Shown in pieces: positions 28,312 through 40,295 of a stretch of DNA of 64,000 bases. The stretch is from an uncultured Acholeplasmataceae bacterium (GTDB lineage: Bacteria; Bacillota_I; Bacilli_A; Acholeplasmatales; Acholeplasmataceae), in contig CAUUCL010000001.1 in the NCBI GenBank assembly GCA_963543845.1, positions 30,037-94,036 of the forward strand, given 5' to 3'. Made by a program: the position numbers and the translations under genes. Each line of letters starts with the position of its first letter. Position 1 is the first letter of the stretch. The notes under the pieces were generated by a model that saw only the letters and a list, made by a program, of their open reading frames with translations, searched no databases and was not told the origin of the DNA.

Positions 28312-29669
28312 TAGGTTACCTCTCCTTTTTCTTTTTCTCCTATATCGTGCATTTTTGTAAACTTATCAAGTGCATACATCTCACCAGATTTAGAAATTGC
28401 CATTTTCGCAAAAAGCGGTCCTGATGTTTCATAAATTAAAATAGAAAGTAAGATTATTGTAGATATAATTTCAACACTTTTACCAAATGCTGGATTATCT
28501 CCTAATTCTCTTTTAATAATTGTTAAAAGTCCAATTGATACCCCACCTTGGGGAAAGAGCGAAAATCCAATATAGTTTCTAACCTTTTTACTATCTTTTA
28601 CAACTGCGCATCCCGTAAATGCACCAAGATATTTTCCAGAACCTCTTGCAATAGCATATGCTAAGGTTAAAAGTAAAATTAAAAAGCTTTGTCTAAGCAT
28701 TCCTAAATCAAGACTTGCTCCTGCAAGGGTAAAAAATAATATAAAAAATGGAGTTGAAAAATCATTAACTGTATCAAATGTTTTTTGAGGGTTTTTGGAA
28801 ATATTTGAAACCATTGCTCCAAGGAATATATTAGATAAAAGAGGAGAAAAACTAATCCACTTACCAGAGAATGTATTAAATAAATGACAAAGTCCAAGTG
28901 TTAAAATAATAAATCCAATTGATAGTCCTTGAAGTTCATCTTTATTATTTAGAATTTTCTTTGAGATAACAGAAAGTAAAAATCCCATAAAAAGTCCAAA
29001 TCCGACCGATACAAATATTTCAATAAACGGTTTAAAAATACTGTAGTATAAAGGAAGAGTTGCTCCACCTTTGTGAGGAAATAATACTCCAACAACTGAA
29101 AGTGAAATACCAAATATAATAATTCCGAAAATATCATCAAGGGCAGTTATCGGAAGAACAGTTTTAGTCATTTTACCATAGGCTCTGTATTGTCTTATAA
29201 CAAGTACAGTTGCTGCAGGTGCGGTTGATGCTGCAAGACTTGCAAGAAGTATTGAAAATGAGATATTATTTTTTCCTGCTAGATTAAAATCTGGACTTAT
29301 TCTTCCTTTTGGAAATAAAAACATCAAAATAAAAACAAAACTAACTGCAAAAAGTGTCTCAAAGCTTGTTATTATTCCAACCCTTTTTCCCATTTTTTTA
29401 ATTGCCTTTAATCTAAATTCGCTTCCAATACTAAAAGCAATAAATGAAAGGGCAATATCATTTAAAAATGATAAACTCTTACTATCTTCTTTTGATATTA
29501 TTCCAGGAAATCCTTCAAATATTAAAGCCATTGAAGGACCAAGCAATATTCCAAATAAAATATAACCTGATACATTAGGTAGTTTTAAAATTTTAGCGTA
29601 TAAACCTCCGCAAAATCCAACAATTAAAAGAATTCCTACTTGAAATACTTTGTAAAGTATTGGATCCAT
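28311..29669 (-). CDS. cation:proton antiporter (CPA2 / Na+-H+ exchanger family)
   Basis: 452 aa. About 12-13 TM helices with typical CPA2 helix spacing. No RCK/TrkA domain. Confidence 0.8.
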   Translation of the reverse strand: MDPILYKVFQVGILLIVGFCGGLYAKILKLPNVSGYILFGILLGPSMALIFEGFPGIISKEDSKSLSFLNDIALSFIAFSIGSEFRLKAIKKMGKRVGIITSFETLFAVSFVFILMFLFPKGRISPDFNLAGKNNISFSILLASLAASTAPAATVLVIRQYRAYGKMTKTVLPITALDDIFGIIIFGISLSVVGVLFPHKGGATLPLYYSIFKPFIEIFVSVGFGLFMGFLLSVISKKILNNKDELQGLSIGFIILTLGLCHLFNTFSGKWISFSPLLSNIFLGAMVSNISKNPQKTFDTVNDFSTPFFILFFTLAGASLDLGMLRQSFLILLLTLAYAIARGSGKYLGAFTGCAVVKDSKKVRNYIGFSLFPQGGVSIGLLTIIKRELGDNPAFGKSVEIISTIILLSILIYETSGPLFAKMAISKSGEMYALDKFTKMHDIGEKEKGEVT

Positions 29670-29722
29670 CGCAGGTATTAGTTGTGAAAAAATTATAATA
29701 AGACCTTCTTTTTATGCTAATC

Positions 29723-29750
29723 AAAAGGGCAATTATAAATTGCCCCTTTT
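29723..29750 (-). terminator. tuf / str-operon terminator
   Basis: Minus strand AAAAGGGGCAATTTATAATTGCCCTTTT followed by GATT; T-rich. Confidence 0.6.
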
Positions 29751-29770
29751 AATTATAAAATTATAATAAA

Positions 29771-30958
29771 TTATTTAATAATTTTAGTTACTGTACCAGC
29801 ACCAACTGTTTTTCCACCTTCACGGATAGAAAATTTAGTACCGTTTTCAATAGCGATTGGGTGAATTAGTTCAACTGTCATTGCAGTGTTTTCACCTGGC
29901 ATAACCATTGCATCTTTACCGCCTTTTAACTCAACAACACCTGTAATATCAGTTGTTCTAAAATAAAATTGTGGACGATAGTTTGTGAAAAATGGAGTAT
30001 GTCTTCCACCTTCTTCTTTTGAAAGTACATAAACTTGTGCTTCAAATTTTGTGTGAGGTGAAACTGAACCTGGTTTTGCTAGTACTTGACCACGCTCGAT
30101 ATTTTCTCTTTCAACACCACGAAGTAGTGCACCAATGTTATCTCCTGCTTGAGCTTCATCTAGTAATTTTCTAAACATCTCAATACCAGTAACAACAGTT
30201 TTTTGAGTTTCTTTAATACCAACGATTTCAACAGTATCTCCAACTTTTAGTGTACCTCTTTCAACACGACCTGTTGCAACAGTTCCACGACCTGTAATTG
30301 TAAATACGTCCTCAACTGGTAGTAGGAATGGTTGGTCAGTTGCTCTTTTTGGAGTATCGATGTAAGAGTCAACAGCAGCCATTAGTTCCATAATTTTAGC
30401 TTGTGCATTTGCATCTCCTTCGATTGCTTTTAATGCAGAACCTTTAATTACAGGAACATCATCACCTGGGAAATCATAAGATGATAGTAATTCTCTAACT
30501 TCCATTTCAACAAGGTCAAGAATTTCGTTATCATCAACTAAATCAGCTTTGTTTAAAAATACAACAATTTTTGGAACACCAACTTGACGAGCAAGTAGAA
30601 TATGCTCTCTTGTTTGAGGCATAACTGAATCTGCAGCTGATACAACTAAAATTGCACCATCCATTTGGGCAGCACCAGTAATCATGTTTTTAACATAATC
30701 GGCGTGGCCTGGGCAGTCTACGTGAGCGTAATGTCTGTTTTCTGTTTCATACTCAATGTGAGATGAGTTGATAGTGATTCCTCTTTCTTTTTCTTCAGGA
30801 GCACCATCGATTTGATCATATGCTTTTTTTTCTGCTAATCCTTTTGTTGCAAGAACAGTTGTAATTGCAGCAGTTAGAGTAGTTTTACCATGGTCAACGT
30901 GACCAATTGTACCAATGTTAACATGTGGTTTTGTTCTTTCAAATTTTTTCTTTGACAT
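29771..30958 (-). CDS. tuf: elongation factor Tu
   Basis: 395 aa. [22 protein letters not shown]. Confidence 0.99.
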   Translation of the reverse strand: MSKKKFERTKPHVNIGTIGHVDHGKTTLTAAITTVLATKGLAEKKAYDQIDGAPEEKERGITINSSHIEYETENRHYAHVDCPGHADYVKNMITGAAQMDGAILVVSAADSVMPQTREHILLARQVGVPKIVVFLNKADLVDDNEILDLVEMEVRELLSSYDFPGDDVPVIKGSALKAIEGDANAQAKIMELMAAVDSYIDTPKRATDQPFLLPVEDVFTITGRGTVATGRVERGTLKVGDTVEIVGIKETQKTVVTGIEMFRKLLDEAQAGDNIGALLRGVERENIERGQVLAKPGSVSPHTKFEAQVYVLSKEEGGRHTPFFTNYRPQFYFRTTDITGVVELKGGKDAMVMPGENTAMTVELIHPIAIENGTKFSIREGGKTVGAGTVTKIIK

Positions 30959-31041
30959 AAATTCCTCCTATAAAATTTATATTTTATTTTTAATTTTAAA
31001 CTAGTAAATATTTTAACTTAAATTACTATTTTTTGCAAATA

Positions 31042-33117
31042 TTAAGAGTTTTTACTTCTTTTTTTAACAATTTCATCATAAACGGCTTTAGGTGTTTGTT
31101 GATAATGATCAAATTGCATTACGAAGTTTGCTCTTCCTTGTGAGTTAGATCTTAAATTTGTTGCATATCCAAACATTTGAGCAAGTGGTACAAATGCTTT
31201 AATTGCAACCGCATTAGATCTTACACCTTGGGATTCAATTCTTCCACGACGTTGTGATAAATCACCAATAATATTACCTACATAATCATTAGGTGTAACA
31301 ACTTCAACATTCATAATTGGTTCTAAAATTGCTGGTGCACCTTTTTCAGCAAGTGATTTAATTGCCATTGACGCAGCAATTTTATATGCCATTTCAGATG
31401 AGTCAACCTCATGGTATGAACCATCATATAATGTTGCTTTAATATCCATTAGTGGATATCCTGCAATAATACCAGAGTCAAGTGATTCTAGAAAACCTTT
31501 TTCAACAGCTGGAATATATTCTTTTGGAATTCTTCCACCAACTACTTTATCAACAAACTCAAATCCCTTTCCAGGGTTTGGCTCAAATTTAACCATAATA
31601 TGCGCATATTGTCCACGACCACCAGATTGACGAATGAATTTTTCCTCAACTTCGCATGCTTTAGTAATTGTTTCTCTAAATGAAACTTGTGGCTCAGCTA
31701 CATTAGCCTCAACATGAAATTCTCTTTTTAGTCTATCAACAATAATATCAAGGTGAAGTTCACCCATACCAGCAATAATTGTTTGACCTGTTTCTTTATC
31801 CATGTATGTTTTAAATGTTGGATCTTCTTCAGCAAGTTTTTGAAGGGCAATTGACATTTTTTCTTGGTCTTGTTTAGTTTTAGGTTCAATTGCAATATCA
31901 ATAACTGGTTCTGGGAAAATCATTGACTCAAGTGTAATATCATCATTTGCAAGTGCTAGTGTATCTCCTGTAGTTGTTCCTTTTAATCCTACAACTGCTG
32001 CAATATCACCTGTGCAAACTTCATCAATTTCAGAACGGTTATTTGCGTGCATTAACAAAATACGTCCAAATCTTTCTTTTACATCTTTTGTAACATTATT
32101 TACATATGAACCTGTTTTTAAAGTACCCGAATATACTCTAAAGTATGTTAATCTACCAACATATGGATCTGTCATAACTTTAAAAGCAAGAGCTGTGAAA
32201 GGTTCTTTATCATCTGCTTTTCTAATTATTTCTTTTCCATCTTGGCTATGTCCTACAACTGGTGGAATATCAAGCGGTGATGGTAAAAAGTCAATAACTG
32301 CATCAAGAACGAATTTAACACCTTTATTTTTAAAAGCAGAACCGCAAAATACTGGGAAAAACTCAACTGCTAATGTACCTTTTCTAATTGCACTTTTAAT
32401 AAGATCAACTGGGATTTCTTCACCTTCAAGGTATTTAACCATTAAATCTTCATCAAAATCAGCAGCAGCTTCAATTAGTTCATTTCTTTTTTCTTCAATA
32501 AGATTTTTTAAATTTGATGGAATTTCAATCTCTTTTGTATTTTCATCAATTGACTCATCATATTTATAAGCTTTACGATTTAATATATCAATAATACCAG
32601 TAAAGTTATTCTCAGAACCAATTGGCCAGTTAAGTGCGTGTGCTTTTACACCTAGTCTATCTTTGATTGTTTCAATAGCGTTTGCATAATCAGCACCAAT
32701 TTTATCCATTTTATTAACAAATACTATTCTTGGAACTTTATACTCTGTTGCTTGTCTCCAAACAGTTTCAGTTTGTGGTTCAACACCAGCTTGAGCATCT
32801 AAAACAGTAACTGCACCATCAAGAACTCTAAGTGATCTTGATACTTCAACTGTAAAATCAACGTGACCTGGAGTGTCTATAATATTTACCTTATAGCCCT
32901 TCCAAAATGCTGTTGTTGCAGCTGATGTGATAGTAATTCCACGTTCTTGTTCTTGCTCCATCCAGTCCATTTGAGCGGCACCTTCGTGAGTTTCTCCAAG
33001 TTTATGAATTTTACCTGTATGGTATAAAACTCTTTCTGTAGTTGTTGTTTTACCAGCATCGATATGAGCCATGATACCAATATTTCTTACTTTTTCTAAT
33101 TCAATATTTCTTGCCAT
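31042..33117 (-). CDS. fusA: elongation factor G
   Basis: 691 aa. [24 protein letters not shown]. Confidence 0.99.
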   Translation of the reverse strand: MARNIELEKVRNIGIMAHIDAGKTTTTERVLYHTGKIHKLGETHEGAAQMDWMEQEQERGITITSAATTAFWKGYKVNIIDTPGHVDFTVEVSRSLRVLDGAVTVLDAQAGVEPQTETVWRQATEYKVPRIVFVNKMDKIGADYANAIETIKDRLGVKAHALNWPIGSENNFTGIIDILNRKAYKYDESIDENTKEIEIPSNLKNLIEEKRNELIEAAADFDEDLMVKYLEGEEIPVDLIKSAIRKGTLAVEFFPVFCGSAFKNKGVKFVLDAVIDFLPSPLDIPPVVGHSQDGKEIIRKADDKEPFTALAFKVMTDPYVGRLTYFRVYSGTLKTGSYVNNVTKDVKERFGRILLMHANNRSEIDEVCTGDIAAVVGLKGTTTGDTLALANDDITLESMIFPEPVIDIAIEPKTKQDQEKMSIALQKLAEEDPTFKTYMDKETGQTIIAGMGELHLDIIVDRLKREFHVEANVAEPQVSFRETITKACEVEEKFIRQSGGRGQYAHIMVKFEPNPGKGFEFVDKVVGGRIPKEYIPAVEKGFLESLDSGIIAGYPLMDIKATLYDGSYHEVDSSEMAYKIAASMAIKSLAEKGAPAILEPIMNVEVVTPNDYVGNIIGDLSQRRGRIESQGVRSNAVAIKAFVPLAQMFGYATNLRSNSQGRANFVMQFDHYQQTPKAVYDEIVKKRSKNS

Positions 33118-33125
33118 ATAATCTC

Positions 33126-33596
33126 CTACCAGCGGTAATGTGCAAATGCTTTATTAGCCTCTGCCATTCTATGAGTATCATCACGTTTTTTACAAGATGC
33201 TCCGATACCATTTGATGCATCTATAATTTCTTTAGCTAATCTTTCAGCCATTGTTTTTTCATTTCTTAATCTAGCATATTGAACAAGCCAGCGTAGTCCA
33301 AGAGTTTGTTTTCTTCTTGGTTTAACTTCAACTGGAACTTGATAGTTTTGTCCACCTACACGACGAGATCTTGTCTCAATTACTGGCATTATATTAGATA
33401 ATGCTAGGTTAAATACATCTAGCGGATTTTTACCACTTTTCTTTTCAACAAGCTCAAATGCATTATATAAAATTGATTGAGCTGTTCCTCTTTTTCCATC
33501 TAACATGATTGCGTTAATTGCCTTTGTTACAAGTTTTGAATTATAAATTGGATCAGGCAAAACATCACGCTTAGGAACATATCCTTTTCTTGGCAT
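33126..33596 (-). CDS. rpsG: 30S ribosomal protein S7
   Basis: 156 aa, canonical S7. Confidence 0.98.
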   Translation of the reverse strand: MPRKGYVPKRDVLPDPIYNSKLVTKAINAIMLDGKRGTAQSILYNAFELVEKKSGKNPLDVFNLALSNIMPVIETRSRRVGGQNYQVPVEVKPRRKQTLGLRWLVQYARLRNEKTMAERLAKEIIDASNGIGASCKKRDDTHRMAEANKAFAHYRW

Positions 33597-33617
33597 ATTA
33601 TCTCTCCTTTTCCTTAT

Positions 33618-34040
33618 TTATTTACTAGCAGCTTTAGGTCTTTTAGCACCATATTTAGATCTTGCTTGCATTCTCTTATCAACACCAGCAGCATCTAGTG
33701 TTCCACGAATTATATGATATCTAACACCTGGTAAATCTTTTACTCTACCACCACGAATTAAAACTACACCGTGTTCTTGTAGATTATGTCCAACTCCTGG
33801 AATATAAGCTGTTACCTCTGTTCCATTACTTAGTCTAACTCTTGCGTATTTTCTCATAGCTGAGTTAGGTTTTTTAGGAGTCATTGTTGTAACTTTTGTA
33901 CAAACTCCTCTTTTTTGTGGTGAATTATTTTTACTTTCTTTCTTTTTAAGACTGTTAAATCCATATCCTAAAGCAGGCGCTTTAGACTTGAAAGTTTTTT
34001 TACTTCTACCATTTGTTACAAGTTGTTGTATTGTAGGCAT
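33618..34040 (-). CDS. rpsL: 30S ribosomal protein S12
   Basis: 140 aa. MPTIQQL... PKKPNSA(M)RK. Confidence 0.98.
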   Translation of the reverse strand: MPTIQQLVTNGRSKKTFKSKAPALGYGFNSLKKKESKNNSPQKRGVCTKVTTMTPKKPNSAMRKYARVRLSNGTEVTAYIPGVGHNLQEHGVVLIRGGRVKDLPGVRYHIIRGTLDAAGVDKRMQARSKYGAKRPKAASK

Positions 34041-34177
34041 ATTTTCTCCTTCCTCAATAACACATATCCGAGTGTTTCTTTTTTATTTTAATTTTTAAAA
34101 TGGCCTTTTTAAGACCATTTTTTTAATAACCTTGATAATTTTAGCACATTTTAAAAAAATAATATGAAAATATGCTC

Positions 34178-34960
34178 TTAAAGGCACGAATTTATAACAG
34201 GTTTTACTAATTCATCAATTTCTCCAGTTGATAAATTTTCGATTTTCTCATATGGAATAATTTCGTGATATGTAATATAAATTGTCTTTTTATAATACTT
34301 TTTAAATCCAAGAGAGTTTTTTATTGAAAATGGCATAATATCAGCCTTTGCCATTAGGGCGATTTTATATGCAGCAGGCTTTGTATCACCGATTTTTTCA
34401 GAATCGTTATTCATCGTTCCACCTTCTGGAAAAACTACATATTTAATATTTCTTGAAATCATATTATCTTTAGCAACTTTTAAAGATTCAATTGCTTTTC
34501 TAACATCGTCTCTGTCTATTTTAATTGCATTTAATCTTTTAAATATAAATCTTAATATTTGGCTTTTATATAAATCTGATTTAGGGGTAAAACTAATAGG
34601 CTTGGGAGAGGCAACAATTAAAAAAATAGGATCAAGTTTTGCTTTATGATTTCCAACAAGAAGCAATCTATCGCTTTTAAGTTCTAATTTATTTTTATTT
34701 TTAACTTTAAAAAAGTAAATCGCCTTTGCAAAAAATACCAAAAGAGACCTTATAATTTTATAATTAAATTTAAAATGCTTTTCATTTGTAAATAAAAGGA
34801 TAAATAAAAATACCCCAAAAACGATAAGTCCTATAAGATAAAAAGCAAGTGGCGTAAGAAGGAGTTGCGGTATTATGTAGTAATAGTTTTTAGAAAGAAT
34901 AAGAAATACTGTAGGTACAATCATGTAGGCTATTGTTAAAAATATCGTAATTGCTAGCAT
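34178..34960 (-). CDS. plsC: 1-acyl-sn-glycerol-3-phosphate acyltransferase
   Basis: 260 aa. N-terminal TM helices, HX4D (NHKAKLD) and FPEGG motifs. Confidence 0.82.
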   Translation of the reverse strand: MLAITIFLTIAYMIVPTVFLILSKNYYYIIPQLLLTPLAFYLIGLIVFGVFLFILLFTNEKHFKFNYKIIRSLLVFFAKAIYFFKVKNKNKLELKSDRLLLVGNHKAKLDPIFLIVASPKPISFTPKSDLYKSQILRFIFKRLNAIKIDRDDVRKAIESLKVAKDNMISRNIKYVVFPEGGTMNNDSEKIGDTKPAAYKIALMAKADIMPFSIKNSLGFKKYYKKTIYITYHEIIPYEKIENLSTGEIDELVKPVINSCL

Positions 34961-35427
34961 GATTTTCTCCTTAAATCGACAAATAAAAGATCATCTTTTA
35001 ATTCTTTTTTCATAATCTCAAAATCTTTTAAATTAAAATTATCTAAATATATATCGCCATCAAAAATATCTAAAATATAAGTTAGGTAAATAAAATTAGT
35101 TTTAGGGAGCAATTTTTCATAAATACTTTTCCCACCAACTATGTAAATATCCTCAGTTAAATTATCTATAAATAAATCTACATCTTTAATAGTTACTACT
35201 CTATCATCATCAATTTTATCGTTTGATGCAACATAAACTTTATTATAGTTAAACTTTTTTATTTTATACTCTTTTACAAGTGAAAGATATGTGTTATATC
35301 CCATTAAAACATTTTTATTACTTGTTATTTCGTTGTATCTTTTTAAATCTAACGGACAATGCCAAGGCAGTTTATTTTTACTTCCGATTAAATTATTTAA
35401 ATCCATTGCTAAAACCATATAAATCAT
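34954..35427 (-). CDS. folA: dihydrofolate reductase
   Basis: 157 aa. [26 protein letters not shown]. Overlaps thyA by 4 nt. Confidence 0.9.
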   Translation of the reverse strand: MIYMVLAMDLNNLIGSKNKLPWHCPLDLKRYNEITSNKNVLMGYNTYLSLVKEYKIKKFNYNKVYVASNDKIDDDRVVTIKDVDLFIDNLTEDIYIVGGKSIYEKLLPKTNFIYLTYILDIFDGDIYLDNFNLKDFEIMKKELKDDLLFVDLRRKSC

Positions 35428-36290
35428 ACTGCAACATCTCCTTTAATTAACGGATGATGGTTATAATTTACAAGTTTAAAATCATCAAAATTTAAATCAT
35501 CAATTGAGTTTACATTCCTTGTAAATTTTATTTCAGGCAATTTTTTAGGTCTTCTTTTAAGCTGTTTTTTTATTTGCGATATGTGATTTTGATAAATGTG
35601 CGCATCTCCTATAGTATGAACAAAAACCCCTGGTTTTAAACCTGTAATTTTGGATATTATTAAAAGAAGCAAAGAATAAGATGCAATGTTAAAAGGAAGT
35701 CCTAAGAATATATCTGCTGACCTTTGATAAAGCTGCAGATTAAGTTTATCATTTTCGACAACAAAATGCATTAAAACATGGCATGGCGGAAGCGCCATTT
35801 TACTAATTTCAGGCGGATTCCAAGCCGATACTATCATTCTTCTTGATTCTTTATTTGTTTTAATCTCTTCAATAATATATTTTATTTGGTCAAATCCATT
35901 AAAATCACGCCATTGCTTTCCGTATATTGGTCCGAGTTCACCATATTTTTTAGCAAAATCTAAATCATCTTTTATTTTTCTTGCAAACTCTAAAAGATCT
36001 TCACCTTTAAAATCACTTGATTTTTTATAATTTAAATATGCCCACTCATTCCAAATTCTGACATTATTATCTACTAAATATTTAATATTTGTGCTGCCTT
36101 TTAAAAACCATAAAAGCTCATGCACAATAGATTTAAAGTGAACCTTTTTAGTTGTAACAAGCGGAAAACCTTTTTCAAGGTCAAAGCGCATTTGGTAGCC
36201 AAAATAGCTAATCGTATCAATTCCTGTACGATTAGTCTTTTTAATTCCTTTTTTTAGTACTAATTTACAAAGTTTTAAATACTCTTTCAT
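35424..36290 (-). CDS. thyA: thymidylate synthase
   Basis: 288 aa. [10 protein letters not shown], catalytic LPPCH, GDAHIY. Confidence 0.97.
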   Translation of the reverse strand: MKEYLKLCKLVLKKGIKKTNRTGIDTISYFGYQMRFDLEKGFPLVTTKKVHFKSIVHELLWFLKGSTNIKYLVDNNVRIWNEWAYLNYKKSSDFKGEDLLEFARKIKDDLDFAKKYGELGPIYGKQWRDFNGFDQIKYIIEEIKTNKESRRMIVSAWNPPEISKMALPPCHVLMHFVVENDKLNLQLYQRSADIFLGLPFNIASYSLLLLIISKITGLKPGVFVHTIGDAHIYQNHISQIKKQLKRRPKKLPEIKFTRNVNSIDDLNFDDFKLVNYNHHPLIKGDVAV

Positions 36291-37600
36291 TTTGCTAGCT
36301 CTAAAAATGTTTCAAGATATATTGCGCCAGCTTTTAATAAATCAGATTTTAAAATATATTCATTTGGCGCATGCATTAGTGATTCTCTATTAGGAAATTG
36401 AGGTCCAAATGCTACTAAGTTTTCAAACTCTCTTGCATAAGTACCGCCACCTGTTGCAATTATTTTTGACTTTTTATCTCCTGTTTGGCTTACATAAATT
36501 TTTTGAAGTGTTTTAATTAGTTTCGATTTAGGAGATACAAAAAGATGTTCATTATCTGCTACAATCTCAGAATCCTGTGAAATATATTTTTTTATATTTT
36601 CAAGTATTTTCACACTTTTTATATTCTTAGGATATCTTATATCAAATCCAAGTAAAAACTTATCATCAACTTTTTTTAACTTTCCAATATTTAAAGATAA
36701 ATTTCCCATAAGTTTATTCTTAGTATTTATTTTTAAAAGTTTTCCTTCTGTATCAAAACTTCCATCTTTAAAGATAAAATTATCGTTTAAAATATTTGTT
36801 AGATTTGATGAAAATCCTTTATCTTTTAAGTTTTTAAATAATTTTAAAATAGCCGAAACACCTTTTTCAGGAGTTGAGCCGTGAGCAGATTTTCCGATTT
36901 CCTTATATTCTAATTTAGAGTTAAACTCGCTATTTAATAAAAGTTTGCACTCTTCAGAAACCATATTGTAAGTATCCCCACCAAACACATCTTTAATAAG
37001 ATTATCCTTAACATATGAATTTATTCTTAAAATTCCTTTTTCAGAAAAAATTAAAGGAAAATCAGCATCTGGAATAAATCCCATAACTGGTCTTTCTGAT
37101 ACTAATTCATTATATCTTTTAACGCATCTAGAACCTGATTCCTCATCAGTTCCAAAGATTAGTTTTATTCTTTTAGGAAGAATTATATTTTTATCTTTGA
37201 TTATTTTTAAAGCATAATAAGATGCAACTGATGCTCCCTTATCATCTAATGTCCCGCGACCTATAATTCTATCTGTTTTTTCATCGTATATCATCTTAAA
37301 TGGATCACTATCCCAGCCATCACCTGCTGGAACAACATCAAGATGACCAGCTGCAAGAATAAATTCTTTTTCACTTCCATAAGTTATCTCAAGAACCATA
37401 TTATCATAAATTTTATAATCAAATCCATCTCTTTTGCACATATTCTCAACAAAAGAAAGGGCAGCTTTTGGGCCTTTCCCAAAAGGAGCTTCTAGATTAG
37501 CCAGATCATATTTATCAATTGATGAATCAATTTTAATTAGTCCTTCTAAATCCTTTAAAAATGCCTCTTCATATTTTTTAAATTCTTCCATAAAATTCAT
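36287..37600 (-). CDS. pepV: M20 family dipeptidase (PepV-like)
   Basis: [11 protein letters not shown] and GRGTLDDKG motifs. ATG 37600 is preceded by AGGTGAT. The track start 37627 is 9 codons longer. Confidence 0.8.
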   Translation of the reverse strand: MNFMEEFKKYEEAFLKDLEGLIKIDSSIDKYDLANLEAPFGKGPKAALSFVENMCKRDGFDYKIYDNMVLEITYGSEKEFILAAGHLDVVPAGDGWDSDPFKMIYDEKTDRIIGRGTLDDKGASVASYYALKIIKDKNIILPKRIKLIFGTDEESGSRCVKRYNELVSERPVMGFIPDADFPLIFSEKGILRINSYVKDNLIKDVFGGDTYNMVSEECKLLLNSEFNSKLEYKEIGKSAHGSTPEKGVSAILKLFKNLKDKGFSSNLTNILNDNFIFKDGSFDTEGKLLKINTKNKLMGNLSLNIGKLKKVDDKFLLGFDIRYPKNIKSVKILENIKKYISQDSEIVADNEHLFVSPKSKLIKTLQKIYVSQTGDKKSKIIATGGGTYAREFENLVAFGPQFPNRESLMHAPNEYILKSDLLKAGAIYLETFLELAK

Positions 37601-37672
37601 AATATCACCTAACTTTAATTTTATCATATATTATAATTTTGAAATGTTTGTGTTAAAAATACTAAATAAAAA

Positions 37673-37694
37673 AGCAACTTTTCAAAAAGTTGCT
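37673..37694 (-). terminator. terminator of the hyd operon
   Basis: Minus strand AGCAACTTTT-TG-AAAAGTTGCT followed by TTTTTTATTT. It overlaps the hydF stop. Confidence 0.6.
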
Positions 37695-38857
37695 CTTTCA
37701 AGTTCACCGCTTAAATAACTTATTAAAATTCCATAATTGGTTATCGGAATATTTTTATCTAATGCCTTTTTTATTCTTTTTTCCATATTAAGCTTATTTA
37801 GCATACATCCACCGCATTGAATAATTAAAGAAAATTTTGAAATATCATCAGGCATTTCACCATTTGAAAATGTATAATCAAAACTAATTCCAGTTTTATT
37901 TTTAATAAGTCTTGGAATTAAAACATTTCCGATATCCTCATGATTTTTTGTATGAGTACAAGATTCTGCAATTAAAATTTTATCTCCTTTTTTTAAGGTA
38001 TCAATTTTTTTTGCACCTTCATAAAAAAGATTGATATCACCTTTTTGCCTTGCAAATAAAATTGAAAAACTAGTTAATCTCATATCCTTTGGAACAACAC
38101 TTGCTACCTTTTTGAAAATCTTACTATCTGTTATTACTAAATCGGGATTATATTTTTTTAAGTTGGATTCTAAATTTTCAAAAGAGGAAATTATGCTAGT
38201 TATATTTTTATCACAAAGTGCTCTTAGCATTTGAACTTGCGGTAAAATTAGTCTTCCTTTTGGTGCTTCTGAGTCAATCGGAATAACCAAAAGACATAAG
38301 CTATTACTTTCTAAAAGTCCTTCTACTAAGTTTATCTCATCTTCTTTTTCTAAATTTTCAGATATTTTTAAAAAAATATTATCTAAGTAAATACTAGCAT
38401 TTATATTTGAAAATTGTAAGTACTTTTTATCAAGATTAAAATTTAAAAGGTCTATTTTTGAAATTATAAATATAATCTTTTTGTCCTTTAAATAATCTAT
38501 ACTTTTTATACTAGAAAAGTAATTATCAATTTCCAAAGTGCTCTTTAAGTTATTTTTTAAAAGTTCTTCTGCTGATACAACATATAAAACAAGACTACTA
38601 TCCTCAATTTTTTTAAAAGTCTTTTTAACTCTTTCCTCTCCTAAATCGCTTAAATCATCAAGACCCGCTGTATCTAATAAGTTAACTCCCCCAATCCCAA
38701 TTATTTCAATAATCTTTAAAACTGGATCGGTTGTAGTTCCTGCTTCTTTTGAGACGATTGATTTATCCTGATTTATAAGGTGGTTAAAAATAGTGGACTT
38801 ACCACTGTTAGTATTTCCAATTATTACAATATTTTTTTTATTTACATCTTTTATCAT
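37682..38857 (-). CDS. hydF: [FeFe]-hydrogenase H-cluster maturation GTPase HydF
   Basis: 391 aa. GNTNSGKST P-loop, DTAG, C-terminal CTH...QCGGC cluster-binding motif. Confidence 0.9.
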   Translation of the reverse strand: MIKDVNKKNIVIIGNTNSGKSTIFNHLINQDKSIVSKEAGTTTDPVLKIIEIIGIGGVNLLDTAGLDDLSDLGEERVKKTFKKIEDSSLVLYVVSAEELLKNNLKSTLEIDNYFSSIKSIDYLKDKKIIFIISKIDLLNFNLDKKYLQFSNINASIYLDNIFLKISENLEKEDEINLVEGLLESNSLCLLVIPIDSEAPKGRLILPQVQMLRALCDKNITSIISSFENLESNLKKYNPDLVITDSKIFKKVASVVPKDMRLTSFSILFARQKGDINLFYEGAKKIDTLKKGDKILIAESCTHTKNHEDIGNVLIPRLIKNKTGISFDYTFSNGEMPDDISKFSLIIQCGGCMLNKLNMEKRIKKALDKNIPITNYGILISYLSGELERATF

Positions 38858-38858
38858 A

Positions 38859-40277
38859 TTAAATATATAAATCTCTTTTACCCTTTTTAAGGAGCTCTAT
38901 ATTTTTATTTACTTGCTTTTCTAATCTTTTATTATTAAAGTTTTTAACTGTATTTTTTATATATTCTTCCATTTTAATAATTAGGTCATTATCACCATAG
39001 TCAATTGCATATTCCATCAAAGTAATTAATGCATTGTGATTACACATATAATGAATCTTGCTAGCCTTAGCAATTTCCATAAAATGCTCACCTGTTCTTC
39101 CAGTACGATAGCATGCTGTGCAATAACTTGGGATATAATTATTATTTATTAAATCATTTATAACTTCCTTAGGGCTTCTTTCATCAAGCTTTTCAAACTG
39201 GTCTATTTTTTCCTCTTTTAAAGATTTTTCATATCCACCAACACCAGTACAAGATCCTGCTGATACTTGTGATACTCCATATTTAATAAGTTCACTTCTC
39301 ATTATCGCAGATTCCCTAGTTGATAAAATAAGTCCTGTGTATGGGACTGCAACTCTTATAATTGCAACAAGTTTTTTAAATTCTAAATCAGATACTATAT
39401 TAGGAAAATCTTTAATGTCCATCCCTTCAGCTGGACGAAGTCTTGGAACTGATATTGTATGAAAGCCAACTCCAAATTTTTTCTCAAGATGTTCATTGTG
39501 CATCATTAAAGCAAGAACTTCAAATTTATAATTACTAAGTCCAAATAAAACACCGCCACCAACATCATCAATTCCAGCCTCCATTGCTCTATCAAATGCT
39601 GTAAGGTGATAGTTATAATTCCCTTTTAAACAATTAGGATGCATTTTCTCATACTGATATTTATCGTATGTTTCTTGAAAAAGAATATAAGTTCCAATTT
39701 CTGCATCTTTTAATCTTTTATAATTTTCAAGAGTAGTTGCGGCAATATTTACATTTATCCTTCTTATAACGCCGCGCCTGTTATAAGTATCATAGATTGC
39801 TTTTATTGCATCAAGAACATATTCAATAGGACAATTTATGGGATCTTCACCTGCTTCAAGTGCAAGCCTTTTATGTCCCATATCTTCTAAAATCATTACC
39901 TCATTTTTAATCTCATCAATTGTAAGTTTTCTTCTTTCAAACTTATTTTTATGTTTATACCCACAGTAAAGACAATTATTAACACAATAATCACTTATAT
40001 AAAGAGGAGCAAACAAAACCACTCTATTTCCGTATATATCCTCTTTTATTTTTCCTGCTATTTTAAAAAGTCTTTTTAGCTGTTCATCGGTTTTAATTTC
40101 TAAAAGTGTTGCAATTTCTTCATGACTTAGCCCCTTTTTTATTTCGGCTTTATCTAAGATTTTAGCAATTTCTTCATCAGTTACACCATTTGCATTTTTG
40201 ATAAGATTATTTATATAATCATAATCAATATGCATATTCTCATCAATTCTTTTTTTGTTCATTTTCTCACCTTTCAA
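38859..40277 (-). CDS. hydG: [FeFe]-hydrogenase maturase HydG (radical SAM)
   Basis: 472 aa. CVNNCLYCGY radical-SAM motif and C-terminal CTACYRTGR...C auxiliary cluster motif. Confidence 0.92.
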   Translation of the reverse strand: MKGEKMNKKRIDENMHIDYDYINNLIKNANGVTDEEIAKILDKAEIKKGLSHEEIATLLEIKTDEQLKRLFKIAGKIKEDIYGNRVVLFAPLYISDYCVNNCLYCGYKHKNKFERRKLTIDEIKNEVMILEDMGHKRLALEAGEDPINCPIEYVLDAIKAIYDTYNRRGVIRRINVNIAATTLENYKRLKDAEIGTYILFQETYDKYQYEKMHPNCLKGNYNYHLTAFDRAMEAGIDDVGGGVLFGLSNYKFEVLALMMHNEHLEKKFGVGFHTISVPRLRPAEGMDIKDFPNIVSDLEFKKLVAIIRVAVPYTGLILSTRESAIMRSELIKYGVSQVSAGSCTGVGGYEKSLKEEKIDQFEKLDERSPKEVINDLINNNYIPSYCTACYRTGRTGEHFMEIAKASKIHYMCNHNALITLMEYAIDYGDNDLIIKMEEYIKNTVKNFNNKRLEKQVNKNIELLKKGKRDLYI

Positions 40278-40295
40278 ATTAGATACTCTTCTTTG

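Noticed and set aside
32012-32569. 185-aa plus-strand ORF
   Set aside because: It lies entirely antisense to the highly conserved fusA. The peptide is Ser/Phe/Leu-rich low complexity, typical of a shadow frame in AT-rich DNA. The same reasoning applies to 6316-6528, 8133-8318, 11801-11995, 15423-15641, 16865-17215, 19996-20193, 20701-20898, 21532-22043, 22180-22452, 26463-26664, 27630-27827, 27878-28126, 28703-29140, 29992-30174, 32886-33080, 37434-37718, 38031-38771, 43771-43971, 45095-45277, 47522-47782, 48085-48336 and 60969-61202.
34041-34177. str-operon promoter and plsC terminator
   Set aside because: A weak hairpin (ATGGTC...GGCCAT) and a TGTGCTAAAAT box are present, but their order (promoter upstream of the hairpin) is ambiguous and the stems are short. 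This is not solid enough to annotate.
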